From Felis catus (lineage: Eukaryota): DNA of 64,000 nt. The stretch spans positions 101,310,001 to 101,374,000 of the forward strand of contig NC_058373.1 of the NCBI RefSeq assembly GCF_018350175.1, read 5' to 3'. Shown piece by piece: positions 1 to 13,240 of the stretch. The notes under the pieces are model-generated. The model saw only the letters and a list, made by a program, of their open reading frames with translations, searched no databases and was not told where the DNA came from. The translations under genes were made by a program, and so were the position numbers. Every line of letters starts with the position of its first letter. The stretch's first letter is position 1.

Positions 1-27
1 TGTTCAGAACAGAATATTACAGAATAT

Positions 28-420
28 GCATGCATTCATCCAACGCTTATTGAATACCTACTCTGTGCTGAGTTGCCTTGGAAATACAAAGATGAATGGG
101 ACATGCTCCCTGTCCTCTTGGACCTCAAAATACAGACGGGGAGATAAAACCCATGTAATTAACCAGAGTACAGTGTGAGGATTCTAGGTATAGTGGAAAT
201 GCAAACGGCAGTTGGTCTCAGAAGGGGAAATTTTGTCAGAGAGGTTTGGAAGGAAACCAGGAAGACTTTTCGGATGAAGCCGTATTTCATCGAGACCTAA
301 ACAAAATGAAAGTCCTTCAATAAGCAGAGATGAAGCAGGGCAAAGATCGTTCAAGGCGGAGGAAATGATGTGAAGGCAGGTGAGGAATAAGGTGAGTGAG
401 CTGCCAAAGCAGAGTGGGCG
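28..420 (-). mobile_element. L2 LINE 3' fragment (continues ~905-1045 and ~1540-1740)
   Basis: cattcatccaacgcttattgaatacctactctgtgctg resembles the reverse-complemented L2 3' terminus; purine-rich L2-like continuation. Confidence 0.6.
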
Positions 421-429
421 TGTGCATGG

Positions 430-903
430 GTGTGGCAGGTACTGCTGACTGGCCCACCTCCATCCTCAACCTTGCCCCACCCCCTGCCACCACATGATAC
501 CTTCCACCACGTGACATCCTTCTGATCTCTGAGTCATAAGCAAAAGATTGCTGGCTTAGGGTTCTGGGAAGGTATTCAGTTCACCCATAAAATGAGGACA
601 GACTCAACTATGTGCTCTTTTCTTCAACTTTGGCCCTTGCCTCCTCCTTGGAATGTGGCTGAGATGCCTGGAAGTGCATCTTGAGGTCATGAGGAAATAA
701 GCAAAAGTCATGGGACTTTGCTTATGAGGAAATAAGCAAAAGTCAATGGGACGTTGAAGCAGAGACTTATACAGAGCTTGCACCAGCCCTGCACTACAGA
801 CCTATTAATTTCTTATGATGTGAGAAAAATAACTTTCCATTTGTTTAAGCCAGCATACGTTGGATGCTCTGTTACTTGCAGCCAAAGGCATTCCTGACTG
901 ATA
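430..903 (+). mobile_element. MLT1-type (ERVL-MaLR) LTR interrupting L2
   Basis: 3' end ttgtttaagcca...ctgttacttgcagccaaaggcattcctgactgata is a typical old MLT1 terminus. Confidence 0.6.
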
Positions 904-1215
904 ACAGGGGCAATGGTGACTCATAGGATGTAAAGCCAGAAAAATGAGCAGGGTCCATATTTCAAAGTCATAGAGTCCATTTACAGACTGATTGTTCCTT
1001 ATTTAGGAGGCTGTGAGGAGCCACTGAAGGTTTGTGAATAGTAAGAGTATTTTAAAAACAATTTAAAAAACAATTCTAATAGGTGCTGTACAAAGTAGGA
1101 CCTCCCCATCATAATTTCTATCACAAACTTTAGAAATATGTATGTATAATTTGATATATACAATGAACACTTTCTCAGTGTAAGTAAAGTATACTTAGGT
1201 AAAACTGCTGTATTA

Positions 1216-1447
1216 GGGGCACCTAAGTGGCTCTGTTGGTTAAGCGTCGGAGTCCTGATTTCCGTTAAGGTCACAATCTCACGGTTTGTGGAATCAAGCC
1301 CCGCATCTGGCTCTGCACTGACAGCCCGCATCCTGCTTGGGATTCTCTCTCTCCCTCTCTCTCTGTCCCTCCCCTGCACACACTCACACACACACACTCT
1401 CTCTCTCTTTTTCAAAATAAATAAGCATTTTTTAAAAAGGAAAAAAA
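1216..1447 (+). mobile_element. CAN-SINE
   Basis: ggggcacct..gtggctc head, CT-rich tract, aataaa/A tail, degenerate TSD. Confidence 0.9.
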
Positions 1448-1991
1448 TCTTGCTGCATTATTAATTTGTAACATACAATCTAAAGAAAATTTCATATTGC
1501 TTTTTGAAGGCGGCTTCAAAACCAGTCCCCTTAACCTCTTGTGCAACCAGACTGTGGCCCTCCTCGCTCTTTTCTCTTAAAAAATTGAAGAGCCATCACT
1601 GTACAAGTAGGAGAGTAACAATAGGCAGTGAAGGGAATGGGAGATGTGGGAAGCATTTTACAGGCAGGATTGACCGGTCTTGGCAACTGGTTAGATGCTA
1701 GGAGCAAGAAACAGGGTGAATGAGGGGTGACTCCAAGGTAAGGCCTATATTGCTCAAAGCTTCAGGAGAGAAGTGTGCAGAAGGAGCAGGGTTGAGGGCA
1801 GAGTGGTGGGAGATGGTGGTTCCTCGAGCAGTTAACTGTCAGGAAGGGAAACTTTAAGAACTGTCCACATCAGATGGGGCCACAGCAACCTGCAGATAAA
1901 AGAGGGACTCTAATTGGAACTCATTACCCATTGCCAATGGACTCATTGCCCATGAGGGTCTTCCTGGGTCAATTCTAGCCTACTCCCCATA

Positions 1992-2479
1992 TATGACGGT
2001 TAATCTTCTGTGCCAACTTGATTGGGCCATGAGTTCCCCAGATATTTGAGCAAATAGTTTTCTGTGTTTGTCTGTGAGGCTGTTTCTGGATGAGATTAGT
2101 ATGTGACTTGGTAGACTGAATAAAGCAGATTGCTCTTCTCGATGTGGGTGGGTCCCATCCGAATCAGTTGAAGGCCCAAATAGAACAAAAAGGCTGATCC
2201 TCTCACAAGTAAGAGGGAATTCCTCCTGCCTGAGTGTCTTTGGGTTGGGACATCAGTTTTGTTCCTGATGTTTTGTTCTGGGACTGAAACATTGGCCCTT
2301 CTTGGGTCTCAAGTGCGCTGACATTCAGACTGAACTATACTATGGGCTCTCCTGGGTCTCCAGCTTGCTGACCGCAGATCTTGGGACTTCTAACTTTCAT
2401 AATCATGTGAGCCATAATTGCTTATAATAAATTTCTTTTTATATTGGCTCTGTTTCTCTGGAGAACCTTGACTAATACA
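1992..2479 (+). mobile_element. MLT2 (ERVL) solo LTR
   Basis: Start tatgacggttaat..caacttg; end ctctggagaaccttgactaataca. Confidence 0.85.
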
Positions 2480-2724
2480 CCACCCCATCTTTACTTGTTC
2501 CATATCCAACCCCCTCTTTGTCCAGCTGGCCCCCAATTGGGTTTCTCTATCTCCACCTTTAGCATCTCTGTCTGCTGATTCTCTGCCCCATGGCTTGTGA
2601 CATCCCAACTGAACAGACCACTGGAACTGCCTTCAGTCAATCTGTCCCTTCCTGGTTGATCTCCTGGTACCACAACTTAATTTGGGGGATATAGAGATCA
2701 GTAAGACACTCTTGAGGACCTCAG

Positions 2725-2960
2725 AATCCATTTTATAAACATTTATTGAGTGCCCACTATTTCCAGGCTTTGTGTAAATGAATACAAATACGATATGGTT
2801 AAGTCTCAGCCCTTATGACGTTTGATAAAACAGAAAGACAGATAAACTTACAATAGCAAAGCAACAGGTGTCAGACGTGTTCTGGAGAAATGTTGGGACT
2901 AAGTGGGAAACTGGAAGGATATCTGGAAGACTTCACGATGGAGAGAACTCACTTCAGTGC
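2725..2960 (-). mobile_element. L2 fragment
   Basis: aaacatttattgagtgcccactattccaggc L2 3'-end signature. Confidence 0.5.
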
Positions 2961-3104
2961 CAATGAGTGAGAGCCTCCCAGATAGGGAAGACAGCATGTG
3001 ACAGAGATGGCACCATGCCTATTGCATTCTGCCATCATGCTGCTATGGCTGGCTGCAGTTTGGGGAAAGTATGTGTAATTAAATGGATGAATGAAGCCTA
3101 CAAT

Positions 3105-3260
3105 GTAATCTACAATTTGCTTAACCTCCCTGAGCCTCCCTTTGCTTCTCTGTAAAACGGAGATTACCTCCTGGGATTGTTACAAGGATTAAATGAGATA
3201 ATGAATACAAAGTGCTTAACACAATGCCAGGTGCAGGAAGTGCTCAATGGCTCTTGTTAT
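3105..3260 (+). mobile_element. MIR SINE
   Basis: ttaacctccctgagcctc...ctgtaaaacgg...aggattaaatgagataat...aagtgcttaacaca MIR core. Confidence 0.8.
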
Positions 3261-5807
3261 CTAGTAGGTCACAGCCCAGGATTAGACTGGCATTTCACAA
3301 AGACCAAAAATAGTGTGCCCCCGTAGACTGTGTGAGACAGGAAGTCCAGATGGGGGCTAACTACAATAGTCTGGGCCAGAGACAACGAAGCCCAAAGTGG
3401 ACAGTGGTGGTGAGCTGGAAGAAGATGGGTGTATAAATCTTTAGTCAGACTAAATAGCATTTCTTTAAAAAGGAAGAAAAATTTCTCATGTTAAGCTAGC
3501 ATAATAAATTGTAAGTGAAATGTTGTAAAACAGCATCAGAAAACAGTAAGCTAGGAAAATGCTTAAATGGTTTATGAAATTAGTCATGAAGAATTTGGCA
3601 TCTCCCTTAATTTTGGAGGGTGGAAAACTTCACTGGATGCACTACGTATAGCACTTTTCCATTGGATTCTATCACGCTGTAGCCATTTGCCAAGGAGGCT
3701 CAGCATTTAATCATGTATAACAAGTATTGACTACTAAGTGACTACAAGTATGCGCAAAGCATTAGTAAAATTGTCACACTCTTTTGCACAAGATCTAAAC
3801 TTGTTCAAAAAGACTGTTCTTGTGCTAAAGAATGAACCTTGGAAAAACTAAAATGAGACATAATTTTTTGATTTGAAGATTTAAAAGCAACTGAATTTAC
3901 AAATGACTGTAAACTCAACCACTGCTTCTTTACAAATGGTATAACATTCAAAACAAAAGAAGAACTCTAAATTTTCTCACAGAATTTACACAGATCCCCA
4001 AACCATCCAATATGGTTCTGTGGTGCTCCGCTGGAATGTTCTGGCAGGAGAAACAAAGACAAACTCTAGAGCCGTCTGTTTCCTTCAGAATGGTTTGTTC
4101 TCATGACACACATGAATTCAAATGTTCACCAGGGCTTTCTGAAGTTCACTTAATCTGATGTTGAGTGCTACATTAAACAATGCCTTTTCTTATGAGTTGA
4201 TTTCAAAGAGAATGAGACGGTGTGGTCTTTGCCAACTTTTAGACATACAGAATGAATAAATAAGCTCTGTGCTGTGGAGAGGGTTTCCTTTTTTCTAAAT
4301 GAGGGTGAGAGGAAACAGAACCAGACACCCATACCTGGCAAGAAGGATCCCTCCGATGGGCATCAGAGTAGAGGCTCACATATTTGGGGGAACCTTGTGC
4401 ATTACATTCAAGTTTCCACACCTAGATCCAAATAGACTCCAATCTACTGCCTCAGCTTTCTACCAGTGGCTAGGGAGAGTCTGTGTATTAGTTATAAGCC
4501 AAACATGCAGCAATTTCATCCTGTTTTTCATGTACAAGGGGAGAAAAGGCCAGGCAGGATATGAAAAGCCTAGAAAGAGCAGTTGCCAAGAACACCCAGT
4601 GCCCCAGTATGCCCCTGGGCTGACCATATATGTTGATGCTATTGTATTCTGAGATCAACCATCAGCAGTGGTGGATGGTTGCCCATCCCTCTTGTGTCAC
4701 GGGCCTCATAACATTTACCTTCACTCTAAGATCCCCAGGCAGCCGTGTCCTATTCTCACATTTGACATCAAGGGTTGCAAACTTCTGTCATATTTTGAGT
4801 GGCTTAAATAGCATTTTTAAATATTTGCATCAACATTTAAAACTGGGAAATTTCACACAAAAATCCTAATTTTTTACTTCTCTTGTCGAATCAGAAGATT
4901 CTTACATGGAGATAACCAGCTGGAGGGGCAGTCCCCTTGAGATGTGGTGGCTATAGCTCCTCTGCTTCCAGTGACCCTGAGGCCACAGGTCAGTCTGTTT
5001 CTCCTTGCTTTGACACGGCTGTGTCTCTCACAGCAGAGAAACATTTCTCCGTGCTTATATCTCTATCTAAGGTGGGGAGATGAAATACACACACACACAC
5101 CCCAAACCAGAGTCAGCAGTGTGTTTCTGCAAAAATCCAGGCTCCTTCACGCATTAGATATCTGCACCATTCCTTGTGTGCTTCCGTGTTTGCTGCTCTC
5201 AACAGCCTTTCACAAACACAAGCTGTACGTCTCGTCCTGGGTTCTAATTTCCATCCTGCCCCAAACTGGTGGTGTGACCCAGAGCAAGTCACTCCGTGGT
5301 TGACCTTAGTTCCTTCCTCTGTTTGGTGAGGCAGGTGGTCTCAACTCTTTGGCTTTGAAATGGAGTTGGAGCTTTGCTGGCCCAGTCAGGACCAATCTCC
5401 TTCTCCCTCTGGCCTCTTTTCCATAAAAGCCTCCCAGGGTTAGGCAGGCAGCTCAGTCCCAAGCAGGGGACACCCTAACAGAAGAAGGAGAAAGAGCAGA
5501 AGGATGGGAGATGAGAAGAGGAAAAAAAGCAACCTAAGGAGGAACTCAATCCAGAGATGAACGGAGGGATGAGAAGGGGAAAGAGGGTCAAATGTCTCTC
5601 ATTTAAAACACCCAAGAATTAAATAACATGATCGGAGTCTTTTTATACTTGAAACAAAATTATATTAAAATTTAAAAGTCATAAATATTAACTATAAGAA
5701 AATTGGAAAATTCCAAAAACTGAAAAAAGTAAGAAAAAAAACATCAACTATAATCATACCATTTAAGGTCAAGGACTCCTTAATTCTAGGCATATGCTTT
5801 TCCTAAG

Positions 5808-6034
5808 TTTTTTTTTTTTTAATTTTTTTAATGTTTATTTACTTTTGAGAGAGAGTGAGAGACAAAGCATGAGTGGGGGAGGGGCAGAGAGAGAAGGAGA
5901 CACAGAATTCAAAGCAGGCTCCAGGCTCTAAGCTGTCAGCACAGAGCCGGATGCGGGGCTCAAACTCATGAACCACGAGATCATGACCTGAGTTGAAGTC
6001 AGACGCTTAATCGACTGAGCCACCCAGGCACCCC
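5808..6034 (-). mobile_element. CAN-SINE
   Basis: Poly-T, gagagagac, ...gagccacccaggcacccc. Confidence 0.95.
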
Positions 6035-7029
6035 TCTTTCTAACTTTTTTTTTGCACTTTTTATAGTTGATATTATATAAAACCTCATTTAATTTGAAAA
6101 CAACAAAAATCATAAAGTAAAATAGTCAGAACTATCTTATTAAAGTTAAAACTAGATATGCCAGTTACACTTTTGTTTTACTTATTTATGTTTTTTTAAT
6201 AGGCAGAACTTCCAGCAAAATGCAAAAAAAAATAAAAAAACTTGAGTAAAACCTTTCATTTTCCATTACCTTTTCAATTTACCAGTGTAGTTTAAGGGTT
6301 TTGACATCATTATTCTGACATATGGGCTTTATTATAAAAGGGTTTAAAATAAGGCCGATTTGCAGAGTCTTAATAAAGGAATAACTTTCTGCATTCTGAC
6401 ATTTAGGTCTGAAGAGCATTTTCCTACAATCTTTTTTCTTTTTTTTTAAGTGGGCTTTCCTTTGGCAGGGGTTGGGGCGTCATTTTAGAGGTCAAGCATT
6501 CCTTATGTCTATTATTTCATTTCAATCAAGGGCTATAAAGTGTTGGTGATAAAATCCTCTTAAAATTGATGATTCTCCCAGTATTTATGACATAGCCTAG
6601 AGACGGTTATAATTCAGTTTTAGATAACCTCTTTTTGATGCACAGAGGAAAGGTAAGAAGATGCGATTAAAAATGTTTATAAAAGTGAAAGAATAACCTC
6701 CTTGCTCAGAGAAGCTGGGAAAGAGCCTATCTGTAACTTTTCTTGCCATTAACGGTGCTTGGAGAATGAATGCCCCAGATACAAAGCCCAGGACAGGAGA
6801 GGCCGCCTCTGCCCAAGCAAGGGCAGCTGTTTGCAGGTCAGTTTACCTGATTCACAGAAGATCTGCAATCTTATCAGAATGGAGCTCCCTGGCTTATTCT
6901 ATTTCTGCCTTGTTGATATCCAAGCTGGCCTTTCTTTCTTTTTTTTGCTAACTGAGAATGTCTGAAGCCTGGGGCAAGCCTCTGGGTGTCCTCAAGACTT
7001 CCATCCCACGCTTAAAGAGGGAAAGATCT

Positions 7030-7230
7030 GGGGTGCCTGGGTGGCGCAGTCGGTTAAGCGTCCGACTTCAGCCAGGTCACGATCTCGCGGTCCGTGAGTT
7101 CGAACCCCGCGTCGGGCTCTGGGCTGATGGCTCAGAGCTTCCGATTCTGTGTCTCCCTCTCTCTCTGCCCCTCCCCCGTTCATGCTCTGTCCCAAAAAGA
7201 AATAAATGTTGAAAAAAAATTTTTTTTAAA
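7030..7230 (+). mobile_element. Young felid CAN-SINE with two short internal deletions
   Basis: Diagnostic gccaggtcacgatctcgcggtccgtgag; perfect 16-bp TSD aaagagggaaagatct (7014-7029/7231-7246). Confidence 0.97.
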
Positions 7231-9235
7231 AAAGAGGGAAAGATCTCTGGGCTGCAGTAAAAGGATAAGGTGATCTCTCATCCTTGGGAGATGCTCCCCT
7301 CGTCTTTTGCCAAAAGAAGGCCTGAGAAACGTGGGCTGCGTTCAAAAGTTTAGGGAGATTCTACCGTACTGAGCCAACGATTAGTATTAGATTTTTAGGC
7401 TGGAGAAAGTTTTCGTTGTCATAATTTATCTTGGAGAACAAGAGTTTGTTATTCATTTATCAAGAGCTTAACATTTCCCTCTTAGGAAAAATGCTTTGCG
7501 GGATACACTATACCCAGGAAAACACTCACTAACGACATATTTTTGTTTATCAGTTCAAGCTAAAAACCCCTCTTAGAGATAAAAAACCATTTCCAGCACG
7601 GAGAGTGGGGGAGGGGTGTCCCATTGGAACTGGCTGTCCCCAGAGTAGAGGATTTAGCCTCCTTTGTATGCGCAGTAATCGCTTGAGCCCTTGCAAGGGG
7701 AAGGTTGCCCCTGAGAAGTGTTTTAAAATAAAAGTAAAAAAGATCTCTACCATAGACACTCTGCTTCCAGGAGGAGCCCCGTCTCTACTTTAGAGGAAGC
7801 CACTTGAGGCTTAGTATTTGGAAACTCAGAGCAGAGAGCACTGGAGAAAAGGTGACTCAAGAGTTGCACTGAGGATCATTTAAAAATTCTGTTCAGTTAC
7901 ACTCATCAGGAAAAGAAGAAAAAGAGCAGGGGACGAGAAGTAGCAGAAGGAATACCCTTTTTAGTAAATGTGGTCAGAAAGTAAGACACACTGAAAATAT
8001 TTTCACCTAAATGAAATACCAGTTTAGCTTTTCAAGCCCTTAAATTTCGCTCTAAGTCTCAAATTACAGGCAGGTTGATTCGAGGTTCGGATGATGAAGT
8101 CCTGGCTCATCAGTTTCAACCAAAAGATGGCTAACTTTATCCCGAATTCTCTCTTTCAGAATTAGGCGTGCTGAATCCTTTTTGACTGTACTGTGTTTAC
8201 TCAAATTTTAAATGAAAACCTTTTTGCTAGTGAACCTCACTATGGGTGATTGAAATGTTGGTGGGAGGCAAAAAGCGATGTGCAAAAACATTTGAAAATG
8301 AAACACCCCCAGCACATAATCCCCTTCCTCTGCAGTGCAAGGTTTTCAAATAAATGAAAAAAAAAAAAAAAAAAAAAGAAAGAAAAATGCACCAGAGACC
8401 TTGCCTAAGAGAAGAAGGTATGTGCATAGGAATCTCCTCCCTGCGAAGTGCTGACATCTGACACCACTTTGAACCCTGCATGCAGCTGGTGTTGGACTCG
8501 AATTCTCTCCCACCTTGTTCTTGGCCTCTCACTCATCCCTGTGGCCTAGCGCCCCAGGGCCTGAAGGGCCTCTCCCACCGCAGAGGCTGCAAGCAGGGCA
8601 GGGGCCGAGTTGGCATCCTTGCCAGGGTTCCATTAGTGTTCAATGAGGAGCCATCAGAGGGCAGTTTATCAATGACTTCCAAGGAGGCCGCTTACTGACT
8701 GGCTGGAGATTTTCTGTCGGTGTGTAACCGGCTTCTGAGAGTTTGCAAATAGTTGCAATTAATTACATCCCAGCCACGGTGCTCTGGGAGAGGTCCTTGC
8801 GTGAGGGAATGGCACTAAAGATGTTGTGGCTTCTGTGGTGCGGTAGCTATGGAAGCATAAGGGTGTGGTGAGAGATTAGGCTGCCGCAAGGCCATTGTAC
8901 GTTGCCAGATAGAATTATCCTTTGATGTACACTGGGGTCTAAATTGTTTTCTTTCCTTTGATACATTTAAAATTAAGATTCGGTGTTAATCTCCAATTAA
9001 TTCCAAGATCAAGCTTCTATTTTAGCTCCTTCAATGAGTGATATTGGAATGCTTCAAGGGAAGTGAAGCCAGAATAAAATATTTTCCAATTATATTAAAT
9101 ACCTTGTGGGCACGGTTATTAGGCATTGCTGTATTAAGTGTGGGATTTTAAATCAGAATGTTATGATTTAAAATCGGAAATCATTTCAAGTCAGAAATGG
9201 GGCACTTAGGATAATAATGTTCCACACTTAAATGG

Positions 9236-9237
<2 letters not shown>

Positions 9238-9276
<39 letters not shown>
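9238..9276. repeat. (CA)n microsatellite
   Basis: Direct read. Confidence 0.97.
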
Positions 9277-9278
<2 letters not shown>

Positions 9279-10604
9279 GGGAAGGCTAGACACTTCTATC
9301 AAAAGTGAAAGTCGAACTTAATAAGGAAACAGAAAATCATGAGTTGTGAAATTTAAGAGGATTAAACATTAAGTACGAAAACTCTGGATAGAACAGGTAA
9401 GATGCCCACCAGCTGGGAATGCGAATGTGGGAGAAAAAAAAGAAGGAACAGTTGGCCAGAGCTGTTTCTAAGCTGCAATCTGCAGAGAAAATCAACCTCA
9501 CCCCACATGGGGCTCCTTACAGGCCCTGACAGAGGGTTAAAGGACAGCTGACCTGCACTGGATCCAGGCCAAACTGGGAGGTTAGTTGGGACTTAATGAG
9601 TCACCTTGTTAGACCTCCCCACGAACTCATCCCAGGTGTCTGCAGCTGAGCCCTGAAAGAGGGCGATTCTTTACGGTAAGGAAATAAAGCTTCTCCTGGT
9701 GACTTTTTAGCTACCCTATGGGATAGTAAAGCATGGTCATGATTACCAAATGACGTCTGAGATTTGGCCAGCATTTCTCACAAATGTGTAGGACAGTCAT
9801 GATTTCCAATACTGTGACCTTTTACCTTCATAAATACAGGAACACTTGTTAGGCCATGGGTCTGAGCTGTAGTTTGGAGGGGGAAACAACCTGTCCCCAT
9901 GCCCATGGAAACCAACCTGCTAATTCAGTCCTTTGACTCTATTTCAAGAAAAGAGTGAACTTGTAATTTTTGGTCATCATTTTCTGTTTACTGTCATTTG
10001 TCCTGGAAGTTGGGCAAAAGCAGGTAATTTCCTGCTTCTCTCTTCCACCCCTAATTAGGGGCCCAAGTCCCAGGTGATAACATCTTGAAGGGTACTTTAC
10101 CATCATCAGTGGGTGGGGGCCAGGGAGTGGGGTGGGGAGCCCTCATCCTCACCAGCTCTGAGGGGACCTGCACCTGTTTTACTGGTTGCTAAATATTCTG
10201 AATATTACCTGGTACAAAGACTTCATTTTATGACGCTCCTGGTCAGCCAGTGAAGACAACTGTGGTTCAGTGACACATGCTGGGTTTGGCATCATCAAAA
10301 GATTTGGGTTTGAGTGCCATCTTGGCCAAGATCAAAGAAGATACTAGGTGTGAACACCAGGAGTAAGAGAGTGGGCTCATTTTAGGTGTCACTGTGTATG
10401 ATGACCCACTCTTAAATATAGTCCTCCTTATGACCTAAATATGGAAGGGAGGCACACTGGAACATCCCAGATAAGGTAACCAGGCTGCAACCAGACTTTT
10501 ATGCTTGAGTTTCCAAAGCCACTCAGGTCTCATTGGTCTCATTGATTCAGTGCTAAGATGTAGGCCCATCTGGCCTGAAAAAGTATTCACACGTCGTCAG
10601 AAAA

Positions 10605-10788
10605 TCATTACTCAAAGTGTAATTCATTTGGGGTGGCCTCTTATTGATTTGTCTGCCAAATGCAGATTCTTAGACTCTGCCCCAAGCCTGATGACTTGGA
10701 ATTTTGAAAGGTGCAGGGCCCAGGAATTTTGTTTTTAAACACTCCACAAGAGATTTGGATAGACGAATGTAAAGGTAGGAACTACTAG
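10605..10788. mobile_element. MER5-type hAT-Charlie MITE
   Basis: aaatgcagattc...gggcccaggaatttt..tttaaacac...gaactactag. Confidence 0.6.
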
Positions 10789-11549
10789 TTCAGTAGCCAA
10801 ACACTGAAAACCACTCAGCGCTGACATTATATACAACAGAAGCCAGTTTCTGGATCCCCACACGAATGGTTGCTTGCCCAGTGCTCTATCAATGTAGTTT
10901 CTGAAACGATTACTAGAAAAGTGTGCATGTGTGTGTGTTTGAGAGTGCGTGTGTGTGACTGTTTAGGAGCACACGTGATTGTTTGAGAGAGGCTGTGTGC
11001 GAGCAGTGTACGCTTACGCTGCAGAACACACGCTACTCTCGGGCCAATCCCTCTGGATTCATGGCGGTATCACTAATTGTATCTGGGTTCCATGACTTTT
11101 CTCAGGCCTCCAGAGAACAAAGCCAGACTGACTCTTGTCAAAGTTGACGCCTATGAACTTATTGAACTTCTGACTAGGGCGTCACAGTGGAGTGTGTTGA
11201 AAAGTTTCCTTTAGCTCACACTAATCTGCACAAGGAGAGCTGAGTTAGTTGTAGTTTTACAAAAAGTGTCCCAGGGATCTCTGAGCTGGATACAGACTGA
11301 AATTTGGGAGGCCCAAATCCCTAAAGTTAGCAGGCTTCCCAGTCCATATTTTGTAAAGGATTATTTGTGCCCCCCCCCCCCCCGGCCTCACTAGGCTACT
11401 TGTGCTCACAGGTGCTTGCGGTGTGGAACGCCTTTCGTGCAAACACACGGGAGCAGAGCCACAGTCCTGCTTTTGAACAACCAATGGCAGCAAACCCTCA
11501 TTTTGCTTCTAGCTCTCTGTCTCTTCTGTCCCGAGTGGCCCAGTCTTTG

Positions 11550-11900
11550 CATTTCAATTCAATTCAGTTTGATTTAGCAAACATTTATTCAGAACCAGTT
11601 AAGTCCCAGTACTATCTTAGGTGCTAGTTGTGATTGCAGCTAAGGTGGGAAGGGTCTGGGAGACAGATGAGCAAGACCCTATTCCTGCCCTCAGAGAGTC
11701 CCAACCGAGGGCGGCCCATGAGACAGCTACACAAGTAACTCTCTACCACTCAAAATGTAAGGAATGCTAAACTGCTCATTTACCCAAAGCTTAGAAAGAG
11801 GGAAAAATAATTCTCTTAGGACATTCAGGAAAGTACAATTGATCAAGGTCTGGAAGGACGCTAAATGTTTTGAGCCTCATTTCTTTGGGTCTCGAACTAT
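11550..11900 (-). mobile_element. L2 3' fragment
   Basis: attcaattc..gcaaacatttatt..cctgccctcagagagtc. Confidence 0.5.
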
Positions 11901-11973
11901 CCCAGACATGTTTTTAATTCTGTGATACTGCTGGATATATAAGTATAACTAGAAATGTATTGGCCATGGATTA

Positions 11974-11974
11974 C

Positions 11975-12026
<52 letters not shown>
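11974..12026. repeat. (TA)n(TG)n compound microsatellite
   Basis: Direct read. Confidence 0.95.
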
Positions 12027-12027
<1 letters not shown>

Positions 12028-12080
12028 TCATTTACACAACAGCCCTGTATTAATAATAAACACTGTTACTACCCCCATTT

Positions 12081-12301
12081 TTTTTTAATTTTTTTTTCAA
12101 CGTTTATTTATTTTTTGGGACAGAGAGAGAGAGAGCATGAACGGGGGAGGGGCAGAGAGGGAGGGAGACACAGAATCGGAAACAGGCTCCAGGCTCTGAG
12201 CCATCAGCCCAGAGCCTGACGCGGGGCTCGAACTCACGGACCGCGAGATCGTGACCTGGCTGAAGTCGGACGCTTAACCGACTGTGACACCCAGGCACCC
12301 C
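12081..12301 (-). mobile_element. Young felid CAN-SINE inserted in a MIR (~12030-12440)
   Basis: TSD ctacccccattt (12069-12080/12302-12313); MIR core gatgaggaagttgaggc resumes after it. Confidence 0.95.
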
Positions 12302-12989
12302 CTACCCCCATTTCTGAGATGAGGAAGTTGAGGCAAAGAGAGACAAAGCAACAGACCCCCAAGGCCACATAGCCAGTAGGCAGCAGAAGCAGGTTTTGAT
12401 CTCAGGCCATCTAACTCCAGTGCTGGCCAGCTTAAACACCATGTGCCAATATACACACATTTATAATTTATGCTACCAACCACTTACCCTTTACCTTTTC
12501 TGCCTACATAAATATTTTTCTATCCAGTGTAGCATCCTTCTTATTTTCCCTCAATATTTTTATTGTTTGGTGAGAAGAGTGACTACAGATTTTTAAATGA
12601 TTCATTTTACTTTTAATCCCAATATTTTGTGGGTAGTCACAGAAGTCCCAACCTGAAGAATGCACGTCTAAACTGAGTTTCTCCTCCATGCTGCTGGTGT
12701 ATTGTCCCAGGGGCCCACTGAGGAAGAGACAAATGAGAAGGCCCACTGAAGAGGGCAAGGCTATGAATTTTTAAATCTAGACATACATTACTGATGATAG
12801 TATAAATGTGTGTCTAAATCGTTCTAAATATGACCGCTGCCCCAACAGCTGCTAAGTCCTCCTTGGGCCTTCTTAATGATTTAAATTTCTGCCCAAGGAA
12901 GGCAAAAGCTTCTTGTTCAGATCTTCTCAGAACTTTGTGTTCTTAGACACTCACAATTGCAAAGTTAACAGAAGAGAAGTGAGCACCCA

Positions 12990-13240
12990 CAGTGGGAAGC
13001 AGCACATCACGGGTACTGACAGTCTTAGGAATCGGACAAGACGGAGTCAAACAAACCCTGGCTTTGCCATTTGGCAGCTGTGTGCCTGTTCAATCTCTCT
13101 GCACCTCATTTTACACCTCTGTGAAATGGAGATGAGAATATCTCCCCGACAAGGATTTTTTTTGTGAGGATTGAAGAAAACAATGTTTACTAAATGCTTC
13201 GTATAGTGCCTGCCAATGTAGTAAAGAAACCATAGTTGTA
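12990..13240 (+). mobile_element. MIR SINE
   Basis: aaccctggctttgccattt..cagctgtgtg..ctgtgaaatggagatgagaata. Confidence 0.7.

Noticed and set aside
4690..5230. Possible hAT-Charlie relic (also ~9735-9900, ~22230-22465, ~59685-59800)
   Set aside because: Only vague resemblance and no TIR/TSD confirmed, so not listed as features.
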